This document shows, in pieces, positions 1 to 9,145 of a stretch of DNA of 33,232 nucleotides. Source of the DNA: Candidatus Bathyarchaeum sp. GTDB lineage: Archaea; Thermoproteota; Bathyarchaeia; Bathyarchaeales; Bathyarchaeaceae. The notes beneath the pieces are model-generated. The model worked only from the letters and a program-made list of their open reading frames with translations, made no database searches and was not told the origin of the DNA. The translations under genes and the position numbers were made by a program. The stretch covers positions 1 through 33,232 of the forward strand of contig JAOZIF010000017.1 in NCBI GenBank assembly GCA_026014495.1. Direction: 5' to 3'. Within the stretch, counting starts at the first letter, position 1. Each line of letters opens with the position of its first letter.

Positions 1-408
1 AGCTTTCAACTTCACGTAAGCATCCTTTGAGTTTCCAGAAGCTATAGCCAATTTCTCGAATGGGCACACGCCAGTTTTGTCGCGGTTCATGATGTTTGAA
101 ACTTTTTTTTCAAACTGGCACACAATATTGTTGCCGCTAAGTACCTTGATTCCTTGTTCGCTAATGGTAAGCGCAAACACAGAAGACACTTTAGAGTAGA
201 CACAAAGCATCGCCGCAGCAACCCCAATAATTTTGTCGGCAACTGAAGCCTCAACCAGATCTGGGCTAAGGTAATCTATGGCATGTAGAAAACCGCTTAC
301 GCCCTGCTTTTTTGTTTCAAAAACAACGTTTCCATTTTTCACAATAACTAGGCTAAGTTTGTCTTCTATTAGCTTTAGTTTGGCAAGTTCCAAGTCTTGG
401 TTTTTCAT
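1..408 (-). CDS. DUF1893/TM1506-like protein, 3' end outside the window
   Basis: Not in the ORF track. Manual translation from ATG 408 is open to base 1: MKNQDLELAKLKLIEDKLSLVIVKNG...VADKIIGVAAAMLC...NRDKTGVCPFEKLA. The ADKIxGxAAA and CPxE motifs are typical of this family. Confidence 0.75.
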   Translation of the reverse strand, partial: MKNQDLELAKLKLIEDKLSLVIVKNGNVVFETKKQGVSGFLHAIDYLSPDLVEASVADKIIGVAAAMLCVYSKVSSVFALTISEQGIKVLSGNNIVCQFEKKVSNIMNRDKTGVCPFEKLAIASGNSKDAYVKLKA

Positions 409-607
409 GTTCTTACATAAACTAAACAACAAGGACACCACAAAAAGGTTTACATTCTAAAAGTGATTGAGCACTGGCTCTTACATAATATAGCTGCCTT
501 TGAAGACTGTGAAATCACAAATTCTCTGCTTTCTTAAGGGACAAACATAAATCATTAAATACACTCTGTATTCTTCGAAATAACATCAAAACTGGAGACC
601 GAAACCG

Positions 608-1177
608 TTGGGCTTCTTCAAAATGTTCAAAAAACCAAAAATTGCAGTCAAAGTTGAACTTGACAAAAAAACGTTAGTTCTCGGAGCAAACACAAATGGA
701 ACAATCACGGTGTCCTCAAAAGAAGAATTTGACGCCACAGAAATACGAGCCGAGCTCAGATGTATCGAAAAAATACGACGAGAAAGAATGGTCTACACTG
801 GACGCCACCGACGCCCTATGCGACAAGTGTACTGGGAATCAGCTACACTTCTTGCAGATGATTTGAAGGCAAGCGGTTCAATGCATATTGTACCTGGACT
901 CAAGAAGAAGTTTCCAATCAAAGTTAACATTCCCGCAGGCGGACGTGAAACATTAGAGGGCATGGACGCGAACGTTTCATGGTTCATCAAGGGCGTAGTG
1001 TGTGTTGATGGTCGTCCTGACGCCACTAGCGACACAATTGAGTTACAAGTAGTCAGGGCTACATCAGGGACAGTAGTTAAAGAAGATGTTGAGATGGTGC
1101 CTTGTGAGTACTGCAGGGCTTTGATGCCTGTTACATCTAGTTCATGTCCAATCTGTGGTGCACCTAGAAAGAGCTAA
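608..1177 (+). CDS. Spo0M/arrestin-N-like protein with C-terminal Zn ribbon
   Basis: Beta-rich pattern resembling Spo0M/arrestin N-domain (VKVELDKKT...GTITVSS...IRAELRCIE...KKFPIKVNIP) plus C-terminal CEYC-x9-CPIC. TTG start; an in-frame ATG follows five codons later. Confidence 0.6.
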   Translation: MGFFKMFKKPKIAVKVELDKKTLVLGANTNGTITVSSKEEFDATEIRAELRCIEKIRRERMVYTGRHRRPMRQVYWESATLLADDLKASGSMHIVPGLKKKFPIKVNIPAGGRETLEGMDANVSWFIKGVVCVDGRPDATSDTIELQVVRATSGTVVKEDVEMVPCEYCRALMPVTSSSCPICGAPRKS

Positions 1178-1228
1178 GTTAGTAGTTGATTCACGTTGAC
1201 TATATAAGACAGGCATACGAAAGAGTTT

Positions 1229-1498
1229 GTGATTAAGATGAAGCCAAAAGTCAGAAAACCCACTAAAAAAGAGTCACAAGATGCAGAGTCTTGGCCAATC
1301 TGGGAAAAGGAAGAGTCAGAGTTTCCTTGGGAGTATTTTGACCAAGAAACTTGTCTAATCTTAGAAGGCAAAGCTGCTGTGAAGACGCCCGACGAAACTA
1401 TCGAATTTGGAACAGGCGATTATGTTGTGTTTCCGGAAGGCCTCAAGTGTACTTGGGAAATAAAAGAGAGAATCAGAAAACACTACAAGTTTGGCTAA
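1229..1498 (+). CDS. small cupin (DUF861/cupin_3-like)
   Basis: WPIWEKEESEFPWEYFDQETCLILEG...FGTGDYVVFPEGLKCTWEIKERIRKHY is the typical single small cupin pattern. Probable start is ATG 1238. Confidence 0.8.
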   Translation: MIKMKPKVRKPTKKESQDAESWPIWEKEESEFPWEYFDQETCLILEGKAAVKTPDETIEFGTGDYVVFPEGLKCTWEIKERIRKHYKFG

Positions 1499-1529
1499 CA
1501 AACTTTTGACATCTACATAACTTTGCGGC

Positions 1530-1832
1530 TTACTGTCCGCGGCGCAGTCTTTTTCCACTTACCCGCAATAATGCATTAACTATCTTTCCATTCTTTAGTA
1601 ACCTATGAAAGAACTCGCCGTTCTCAGTTTTAGAATAAAAAGTGTGTTTTTGTTCACAGATTTCCTTGATGAATTTGTCTTTCACCAAAAAGTTGGTTAC
1701 CCAATGATGAAACTGGGACTCGTTTCCAAGTATCTTGATTAAATCCCACTTTGAAGCCTTTCCACCTTTTTGGTCTATGCAATCAAGCAGTTCTAACGCA
1801 ATTTTGCTGGGTGGTCTCCTAGGAAAAGACAT
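1530..1832 (-). CDS. small winged-helix DNA-binding protein (putative)
   Basis: 100 aa, helix-helix-helix followed by a beta wing (FIKEICEQKHTFYSKTENG). GGAGA RBS upstream; 11 bp downstream of the preceding minus-strand gene. Confidence 0.55.
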   Translation of the reverse strand: MSFPRRPPSKIALELLDCIDQKGGKASKWDLIKILGNESQFHHWVTNFLVKDKFIKEICEQKHTFYSKTENGEFFHRLLKNGKIVNALLRVSGKRLRRGQ

Positions 1833-1843
1833 GATGGGTTCTC

Positions 1844-2176
1844 CTAGGATTTTTTCAGTTCTGCTTGAACCTTAAACAGCCTTGCGTATTTGCTTCTAAG
1901 CCTGAAGTAATTTAGTATTTGTACAATTCCGCTAAACATCAGGACTCCTCCAATAAACAGTGGAATATATAGGCGGTCCTGAAGTAAGTCAATGTTGTAA
2001 ACAATTTCTTGGACACCAAAAAGCATTGTTATGAGCCCAAAGAACATGTATGTTTTCACTCCCCAGTAGAGGTCTTTTACAAGATCCGAAGCATCAGTGA
2101 CCAAATCCTCGAATATTGTATTTAGAACAGAGATTTTTTCAACATTTTCCTCATTTTGTTGATTTGATTCCTCCAC
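1844..2176 (-). CDS. hypothetical membrane protein (2 TM)
   Basis: Two hydrophobic segments; GGAGG RBS before GTG 2176. Confidence 0.6.
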   Translation of the reverse strand: MEESNQQNEENVEKISVLNTIFEDLVTDASDLVKDLYWGVKTYMFFGLITMLFGVQEIVYNIDLLQDRLYIPLFIGGVLMFSGIVQILNYFRLRSKYARLFKVQAELKKS

Positions 2177-2325
2177 TTTGATTCCTCCAGATATGAGTTC
2201 TCGGCTGGAATTTAAAACGGTTATTCTAGAAGTAATTGGGGCATTAGTTCCAAAATCAGAACATACAATGGAGCTAAAATCATAAGAAGTGACAAAGCAA
2301 ACGAACCATAAATGCAGCTGTTTGA

Positions 2326-2350
2326 GTGATAAAGGTTTTATGAGTATTAC
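2326..2350. promoter_or_regulatory. candidate NikR-type operator GTGATA-N13-TATTAC
   Basis: Imperfect inverted hexamers ending 25 bp before the nikR start and enclosing a TTTTAT TATA-like box. A same-spacing site lies before the second nikR (29495-29519). Confidence 0.25.
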
Positions 2351-2374
2351 ACTAAGTTTAGTTGGGTTTATTGT

Positions 2375-2782
2375 ATGACCAAGATTGTTCGTGTTGGGGT
2401 TACTTTTCCGCCAGAACTGCTAAAGGACTTGGATGAAATCATCGGGGAGATAGGCTATGAAAGCAGGTCTAAAGCAATTCAGGACGCGGTTACGTTATTT
2501 GTTACTGAACAAAAACTGCTCCATAAGCAGAAGGGAAAAAAGGCTGGCGTGCTAGTAATGGTTTACGACCATGACGTAAAAGGCTTAGAAGATGACCTTA
2601 TCGAATCACAGCACCATCACCGCAACGTCATAAACTCAGTTCTGCATGTTCACCTAAGCGATAAAGAGTGCCTTGAGGCGGTCGCAGTTAAGGGCGATGC
2701 TGATGACATAAAAGAGCTTGCTCAAGAATTGGCAACAAGAAAAGGAGTAAAACAGGTCCGATCAACCATAGTTAGCTCATAA
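2375..2782 (+). CDS. nikR: nickel-responsive RHH transcriptional regulator NikR
   Basis: N-terminal ribbon-helix-helix (VRVGVTFPPELLKDLD...YESRSKAIQDA) and ACT-like domain with Ni-ligand pattern QHHH...HVH...ECLE (H76/H87/H89/C95 equivalents). Confidence 0.88.
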   Translation: MTKIVRVGVTFPPELLKDLDEIIGEIGYESRSKAIQDAVTLFVTEQKLLHKQKGKKAGVLVMVYDHDVKGLEDDLIESQHHHRNVINSVLHVHLSDKECLEAVAVKGDADDIKELAQELATRKGVKQVRSTIVSS

Positions 2783-2879
2783 GACTGGCCGAAATGGGGC
2801 ATTTTTTAGTCCAGTTTATTTTCTATACGCAACTCTCTTATGATATCTAAAACCATTTTGTAATAGCAAAAGCCAATTA

Positions 2880-3764
2880 GTGATTAAAGAACAGGTAGCA
2901 AACAAAATGGTCGTCAAAAATGTCAGCATAACAGTTTTACTTGAAGACACAAAAAATAGCGCTAAACCTAAACTTCAAGCTAAACATGGTCTTTCTTTTT
3001 GTATAAACGCAACAGTCAACGACAAAAACGTTAAGGTGCTAATGGATACGGGACCCTCACCAGATGTGCTTCTAAACAATGTGGAACAACTGAACGTGAA
3101 TCTGGAAGATGCTGATGTAGTTGTTCTTAGTCATGGTCATTATGATCACACAGGCGGTTTGATTGTTGCCCTGAAGCAGATAAAAAAGCGTGTCCCAGTT
3201 ATTGGGCATCCAACTCTTTTTGATCCAAAATTTAGTATGATGCCTCATTTGAGATCGATTGGTGCACCATTCAGGCGTTCTGATGTTGAATTTGTGGGTG
3301 GTGTGCCTCTTTTGGTTACAGGTTCTGTAAAGATTGCTGACGGAATTACTACAACTGGAGAGGTTCCGAGAACCACAAGCTTTGAGGCTGTTAGAGGTTT
3401 TTGGACTGTCCCTGACAAAAGTCTTGTTGACGACATTGTGATTGATGACCAATCATTAATCGTTAATGTTGAGGGCAAGGGTTTGGTTGTTATAGCAGGA
3501 TGTGCGCACGCGGGAATAATTAACACAATCAACTATGCCAAGAAGATAACAGGAAACAGTAAAGTCCACGCGGTTCTGGGCGGTTTTCATCTTATAAGCG
3601 CAGATGACAAGAAAATTCAGACTACAGTAGATGAACTAGAGAAGTTAGACCTTAAGTTTGTTGGACCATGTCACTGTACAGGCAAAAAAGCGGTCAAAAA
3701 GATGTGTGAAACATTTGGAGACCGTTGTCGTGTTCTTTGCACTGGAGACATTGTTGAATTATAA
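2880..3764 (+). CDS. MBL-fold metallo-hydrolase (MJ0448-like, 'dihydropterin...synthase-like' annotation family)
   Basis: HGLS, LMDTG, LSHGHYDHTGG (HxHxDH), GCAHAG, GGFHL and PCHCTG motifs. Alternative start ATG 2907. Confidence 0.85.
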   Translation: MIKEQVANKMVVKNVSITVLLEDTKNSAKPKLQAKHGLSFCINATVNDKNVKVLMDTGPSPDVLLNNVEQLNVNLEDADVVVLSHGHYDHTGGLIVALKQIKKRVPVIGHPTLFDPKFSMMPHLRSIGAPFRRSDVEFVGGVPLLVTGSVKIADGITTTGEVPRTTSFEAVRGFWTVPDKSLVDDIVIDDQSLIVNVEGKGLVVIAGCAHAGIINTINYAKKITGNSKVHAVLGGFHLISADDKKIQTTVDELEKLDLKFVGPCHCTGKKAVKKMCETFGDRCRVLCTGDIVEL

Positions 3765-3807
3765 TGTAAAGGGTTAGAGAGCCTGCTTGTTGCAGCAGGT
3801 TTGGTTA

Positions 3808-4662
3808 CTAGCTGTCCGTGTTTTCTTTGTTTTCGACGAAAGCCTTGATTTTTTCTACGATATCAAGAAAGGCTTTGGCGGCAGGTGAATCAGGATTCTC
3901 CATCACAAAGGGGTGTCCTAAGTCCGAGGCTTCGCAGACTCGTGGGTCGAGAGGTATCTTTCCTAAGAATGGAACCGCGTATTCTTGGGCAACTTTTTCG
4001 CCTCCTCCCGTCTTGAAGATGTAGGTTACTTTTCCACAATCTGGGCAAACAAAGCCGCTCATATTTTCGATGATTCCAATCACTGGAACCTTTAGTTGTC
4101 TGGAGAATGTAATGGATTTTCCTACTACGGTTTGGGAAACCTCAGAGGGAATTGTTACGATAACAACGCCGTCCATCTCTGGAAGGAGCTTGAGTACACT
4201 TAGGGGTTCATCTCCAGTTCCAGGAGGCAAATCTATGAGTAGAAAATCCAGCTCACCCCATGCAACCTCAGATAAGAATTGTTCTATTGCCCTCATTTTT
4301 AGTGGTCCTCGCCACACGACGGGGACTTCTTTGCCTTCGAGCACAAACGCCATAGAAGCAACCTTCAAGCCTAGAGGACCGGTGGCGGGAAATGCTCCTA
4401 TTGGTCCCACTTTGAGTTTTTGGTCTTCCATGCCCAGCATCTTTGGAACACAGGGACCATGAAGGTCAGCATCCAAAAGACCAACTCTGTTTTCGTGTCC
4501 TTGCATGGCAAGAGCTATTGCTAAATTGACTGCAGTAACGGTTTTGCCGACGCCTCCCTTGCCGCTTATGATTGCTATTTTGTGTTTAATTTTATTCATT
4601 CTTGTTCTAAGAACAGTCTGTTCATCAAGGGTACTACTTTGGGGAGTTCCTGTTGTTTGCAT
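3808..4662 (-). CDS. mrp: Mrp/NBP35/ApbC Fe-S cluster carrier ATPase
   Basis: SGKGGVGKT Walker A, DADLHGP, VVWRGP, DLPPGTGD, ENMSGFVCPDC. Confidence 0.92.
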   Translation of the reverse strand: MQTTGTPQSSTLDEQTVLRTRMNKIKHKIAIISGKGGVGKTVTAVNLAIALAMQGHENRVGLLDADLHGPCVPKMLGMEDQKLKVGPIGAFPATGPLGLKVASMAFVLEGKEVPVVWRGPLKMRAIEQFLSEVAWGELDFLLIDLPPGTGDEPLSVLKLLPEMDGVVIVTIPSEVSQTVVGKSITFSRQLKVPVIGIIENMSGFVCPDCGKVTYIFKTGGGEKVAQEYAVPFLGKIPLDPRVCEASDLGHPFVMENPDSPAAKAFLDIVEKIKAFVENKENTDS

Positions 4663-4770
4663 AAAATTTTCCTCAGAAGGTTTGCATTACTTTTTTGGTT
4701 ATTGTTGCGGTTTAATAACTATTTCCTAACTTAATTTAGGATGAAACGGGGCTCGGTTAACTGAAGTTGC

Positions 4771-6258
4771 GTGAAGCTGAACAAAAATCTAATCAGCACA
4801 GAACCCGAAAGTGTGTTAGAAGGTGAAGTGCAGTTGAAACTTTTGTTTGTGGAGCCTCCAAAGGATTACTGGTTTGTAATGGGAGAATACTTACCTCCGC
4901 CATATGGAATTCTTCAACTCGCATCATTTATCGAAAACAAACACAAGGATGTCGAGATTCAAGTTTTGGACTGCAACGCCGAAGGCTTAGACTGGAACGG
5001 ACTAGAAAAACGAATGGAATCATTTAACCCCGACATGGTGGCTTCAAGCGCTCTTGCCACATGTAATACTTACGTTTCCGTTAGAACCTTAGAGCTTGCA
5101 AAAAAAGTGAACCCTGATGTTGTAACAGTTGCTGGGGGGCAGCATTTCACGGTTATGACTGAAGAGAGCCTGAAGACCTATCCTGAAATTGACGTGATTG
5201 TACGAGGCGAGGGCGAACAAACACTAGCAGAATTAACCCAAAGAGTATCGAACGGGCATCCGTTTTCGGATGTGAAGGGAGTCTCTTTTCGAAACAAGGG
5301 TCAGATAATACATGAACCTGCGCGACCGTTAATTGAAAACCTTGACAGCCTACCGTTTCCAGGATACAAATTTGTTGAAAATTTGGTTCATAAATATCAC
5401 TTCACTGCCATGGCTGGCAAAAAAACTAGGTATGCTATGATTGAAGGCTCCAGAGGTTGTCCTCATCAATGCACATTTTGTACCCAATGGAGACATTGGG
5501 GAAGCAAATGGAGAATAAAGTCTCCTAAAAGGATTGCAGATGAGTTCGAATTTTGTTACGAAAACTATGGAAGCAGGTTCCTGTGGCTCACTGACGACAA
5601 TTATGGTCTGGGTAAACGTGCAAACGAGTTGTCTGACGAGCTGATAAGCCGAGGATTCTCTGATGATATTATCTGGTTCATGCAGGTCAGATGTGACGAT
5701 GTTGTTAAACATGCAGATGTTTTGCCTAAGATGCGAAAGTCTGGGTTGCGTTGGGTTCTTTTAGGTGTAGAGAGCAACAGTTCATCTACATTGGATTCCT
5801 TCAGAAAAGAGACAGCTCCAGAAGACTCAAAAAAGGCAGTAAGACTTCTAAAAAAGAGTGACATTTTTTCTCAGGGCATGTTTATTATTGGACAACGAAA
5901 GGATACAGCCCAATCAATAGAAAATTTGAGGGAGTTCTCAAATGAGCTGGACCCTGACTTGGCGATTTTTGCGATACTTACACCGTTTCCGGGAACTGCG
6001 GTTTATGAAGAGGCTAAACAAAATGGCTGGATAGAAGATTGGAATTGGGCAAACTATGACATGGTTCATGCGATTATGCCCACTGAGAGATTGTCTGCAA
6101 AGGAAGTACAGGAGGAGCTCTACAAGTGTTACAGAAGCTTTTTTGGTTCTTGGAGTAGAAGAGTGGGAGGCATATTCTCAAGAAAGGCGCTAAAAAGGCG
6201 GTTGTATATGTACATGGCTTCTCAAGGTATAGTAAATCAGGTTAAATCATTAATCTGA
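4771..6258 (+). CDS. cobalamin-binding radical SAM protein (class B methylase-like/BchE-like)
   Basis: N-terminal B12-binding domain (PPYGILQLAS...VAGGQHFT...VRGEGE) and radical SAM motif SRGCPHQCTFC, plus TPFPGT. Likely start is TTG 4834, after AGGTGA at 4821-4826. Confidence 0.9.
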   Translation: MKLNKNLISTEPESVLEGEVQLKLLFVEPPKDYWFVMGEYLPPPYGILQLASFIENKHKDVEIQVLDCNAEGLDWNGLEKRMESFNPDMVASSALATCNTYVSVRTLELAKKVNPDVVTVAGGQHFTVMTEESLKTYPEIDVIVRGEGEQTLAELTQRVSNGHPFSDVKGVSFRNKGQIIHEPARPLIENLDSLPFPGYKFVENLVHKYHFTAMAGKKTRYAMIEGSRGCPHQCTFCTQWRHWGSKWRIKSPKRIADEFEFCYENYGSRFLWLTDDNYGLGKRANELSDELISRGFSDDIIWFMQVRCDDVVKHADVLPKMRKSGLRWVLLGVESNSSSTLDSFRKETAPEDSKKAVRLLKKSDIFSQGMFIIGQRKDTAQSIENLREFSNELDPDLAIFAILTPFPGTAVYEEAKQNGWIEDWNWANYDMVHAIMPTERLSAKEVQEELYKCYRSFFGSWSRRVGGIFSRKALKRRLYMYMASQGIVNQVKSLI

Positions 6259-6272
6259 GTGGCGAGCAACGA

Positions 6273-6986
6273 ATGGTTCAGCAACACACAATCCGATGGG
6301 ATATAAAATATAAAATTCTAGTTTCAATAACAGGTTTACTTGTTATTGTAGCGCTGACAGTTTTTCCGCCAACAGTCACTGGAGATTTCTCTTGGAGAAA
6401 AACAGTAATCGGCTTAGTTTTCAGCATTTTTTGTAGCTCAGGAGTTCTGGCTGTATTTTCGCCCAGCAACTGCGGGAAAATCATTGAAGGAAAAAAACAA
6501 AGCGTTATCTCAGATTCATCTAGTGCTCCTAAAGAAGCAGTTGTTCTGCTTGGGCATCATCCTACCTGTGGAAAGTTCTTTGCGCACACGTTTCAGATAG
6601 GAAACAAAACATTCTGTGCAGCCTGTATTGGTCTTTTGCTTGGGGGGCTGTTAGCCTTAGTTGGAACAGTAGGATACTTTTTTTGCAACTGGAACATTAC
6701 TGGGCATAGTGTAACGATTGTATTGTTAGGAGTTTTTGGCATAGTCTTTGGGTTGTTTCAGTTCAAATTTAACAAGGTGTTTAGGTTGTTTGCGAATACA
6801 GTTTTTGTTTTAGGAGCTTTGTTAATTTTGATTGGAATTGACGAGTTGATTCATAGTTTATTTTTTGATTTGTTTGTGGTTAGCGTGATTGCTTTTTGGC
6901 TCTTCACTAGAATATCACTTTCTCAGGTGGATCATGAACTGATATGTTCTGGCTGTGAGGCAGCAAACTGTAGCGTTAGAGCATAA
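6273..6986 (+). CDS. multi-pass membrane protein with His/Cys motif (DUF2085-like segment)
   Basis: About 6 TM segments; HHPTC...HTF...FCAAC motif and C-terminal HELICSGCEAANC. Starts 14 bp after the radical SAM gene. Confidence 0.6.
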   Translation: MVQQHTIRWDIKYKILVSITGLLVIVALTVFPPTVTGDFSWRKTVIGLVFSIFCSSGVLAVFSPSNCGKIIEGKKQSVISDSSSAPKEAVVLLGHHPTCGKFFAHTFQIGNKTFCAACIGLLLGGLLALVGTVGYFFCNWNITGHSVTIVLLGVFGIVFGLFQFKFNKVFRLFANTVFVLGALLILIGIDELIHSLFFDLFVVSVIAFWLFTRISLSQVDHELICSGCEAANCSVRA

Positions 6987-6998
6987 AAAAGAGGGAAG

Positions 6999-7304
6999 TT
7001 AGTGTTTTCGGCTCATAGAGTATAATGCTCCAGCAACCATCAGTGTCCCAAATATGACTATTACTAAAGCCCAAAGGTAACTTCCAAAGGGTATGTCGAA
7101 AATAGAAGAGATACCCCATAATACAATGATTAGCCCAAGAACTAAACCTGCGATTGATCCGCCATGGGGTAAGCCAAAGCATTCATTCTCTTTTCGCCGT
7201 CGTTCGCGTCTAACTGTTTGGGTGGTAGCTAAAGGTTCTTTGCAGTTAGTGCATACTGTTGCGTTATCATCGTTTTTAGTGCCACATTTTGTGCAGTAAA
7301 CCAT
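6999..7304 (-). CDS. zinc-ribbon membrane protein
   Basis: MVYCTKCG...CTNC Zn ribbon followed by two TM helices; GGTGA RBS 4 nt before ATG. Confidence 0.7.
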   Translation of the reverse strand: MVYCTKCGTKNDDNATVCTNCKEPLATTQTVRRERRRKENECFGLPHGGSIAGLVLGLIIVLWGISSIFDIPFGSYLWALVIVIFGTLMVAGALYSMSRKH

Positions 7305-7623
7305 TTTTTCACCAACTTAATTGTGTGTATACCTTCCAACAAGAAGGAGATAGTTACAATCCAGAAATCTATTTCTGTATTTTGAGTATAAAAGATATTT
7401 CATCAAATGTTGTTTAGTTGCCTTTGCGGTTACATGCCAATTAGGCAACGGGTTTACAGTTTGATTTTTACTTTGAACTGGTTAGAAAAAGCTTAAAGTT
7501 TAACTTAAAGAGGTTAAGATGCAACACTCGTTTTACCTTGAACTTTATATCAGAGTAAACGACAAAAGGTAGGAAGTTTGTTGGACGGGACACAGTATCT
7601 CTAGACCAGTTTAAGGATGTTGA

Positions 7624-9132
7624 ATGATGGACGAATGTCTTGAGGAGTCAGGACCGAGAAGACTAATTTCAGGTGGCGCTTGGTTTTTAGCCCTCATGAT
7701 TTTAAGTGGCGTGTTCTGGTTTTTGCTAGGGATTCAAATTACGAGAGCATACGGAGCTTCGGGTTATGGCTTATTTAGTATGGCACAATCGTTGTTTGAT
7801 TTCACGTGGGCATTCATTTTTGGAGGAATCTTTGAGGGACTAATCCATTTTGGCACAGGATATTTAACAAAAGAAGACTCAAATCTTGCCAAATTCTTTT
7901 CCAAGTATGTAAGATATCTCACTGGAATGAGTATTGTAGCATTCTTAATCATAGCGTTCATATCGTTTCAGATGTCAGACGCTTTGCTGAAGACGATAGG
8001 TCTTTCGCTTGCCTTTGCGTTTTTGTTTTCAGGAACAAAAGATGCTCTTTCCTCGATACTTGGGTCGTTGCACAAGAGCAAGCAGCTCTCGATAGTAAAT
8101 TCCGTTGGCTTTTATGTTGTCTCAATTTTGGGAATGGCTATTATAATGTTGAAGCTTCCAGTTGAGCTTTTGCCAGTCTTGGTTGTTTTTGCGCCCATAT
8201 CCCAGTTGCTGCTCTGCATGTATTTTTTGAGAACATGTCTGAAAGATTTAGCTGTATTTAACATTGATTTTTTCAAAACTAAAAACCTAAAAAATGCGTT
8301 AGTTGAGGATTTCAAGAACTTCAAGCACATACTTGTTTTTGGTTTTTCTGTGTCTATTGGAAAAATATCGTTTATTGTTATGAAGAACTTGGATATACCG
8401 ATACTCAATTTGTTTTTTGATTTCACAAATGTAGGGATTTATAGTGTTGCTGATGCAATTTCTAGTGTGCTTTTTTCGATGACTGCTTTTTCGCTTCCTA
8501 TTATTTCGTCTATCTCTGAAGCATGGACAACAAAAGATGATGTGTTGATAGAAAAATATACGAAAATTTCTGTGAAGTATCCTCTAATCTTGGGAATACC
8601 TTTAACGGCGATAATTTTTACCTTAGCTGAACCGCTTGTTATTGGAGTTTATACTAGTGAATTTCAAGGAGCTGTAGTTCCGCTTCAAATTCTTATTATT
8701 GGAACATTTCTTCTAATGCTTGGATACACGCTTACTTCTATTTTGGTCGGTATTGGAAAAGCCAAATTGTCTGGGACGTTGATGGCGGTTGGTGCTATTC
8801 AATATCTCATATGTCTTTTTGTTTTTGTTCCAAGTTTTGGGTTAAATGGAGCCGCTATTTCTCTTACGCTTACAGGTGCTACATCTCTATTTCTCATCCC
8901 AGTTTTTATACGAAAACATCTAAGGGTTGACGTGTTTTCGGGACTGCATAAAGTCCTATTTTCTGTTGCGGTCTTGTTCGTGTTTTTATATCTCATACCA
9001 AAAGACAACATTTTTTTGCTAATCTTTGGAACCGCTATAGGTGTTGCAATCTACGTTTTGTTGCTTCGTTACACCGGCTATCTTACTCAAGAGGACATTA
9101 ACTTGTTCAAACATGTAAGACCTGAATCATAA
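7624..9132 (+). CDS. Wzx/MATE-like (MOP superfamily) flippase
   Basis: 502 aa with many TM segments; ITRAYGASGYGLFS N-terminus, VGIYSVADAIS and FGLNGAAIS motifs typical of oligosaccharide flippases. Confidence 0.8.
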   Translation: MMDECLEESGPRRLISGGAWFLALMILSGVFWFLLGIQITRAYGASGYGLFSMAQSLFDFTWAFIFGGIFEGLIHFGTGYLTKEDSNLAKFFSKYVRYLTGMSIVAFLIIAFISFQMSDALLKTIGLSLAFAFLFSGTKDALSSILGSLHKSKQLSIVNSVGFYVVSILGMAIIMLKLPVELLPVLVVFAPISQLLLCMYFLRTCLKDLAVFNIDFFKTKNLKNALVEDFKNFKHILVFGFSVSIGKISFIVMKNLDIPILNLFFDFTNVGIYSVADAISSVLFSMTAFSLPIISSISEAWTTKDDVLIEKYTKISVKYPLILGIPLTAIIFTLAEPLVIGVYTSEFQGAVVPLQILIIGTFLLMLGYTLTSILVGIGKAKLSGTLMAVGAIQYLICLFVFVPSFGLNGAAISLTLTGATSLFLIPVFIRKHLRVDVFSGLHKVLFSVAVLFVFLYLIPKDNIFLLIFGTAIGVAIYVLLLRYTGYLTQEDINLFKHVRPES

Positions 9133-9145
9133 AATGAGATGCCGT

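Noticed and set aside
278-460. 60-aa plus-strand ORF and the many other short antisense ORFs in the track (e.g. 4070-4462, 9468-10064, 18049-18507, 31300-31767)
   Set aside because: They are shadows opposite or inside well-supported genes and carry no motifs.
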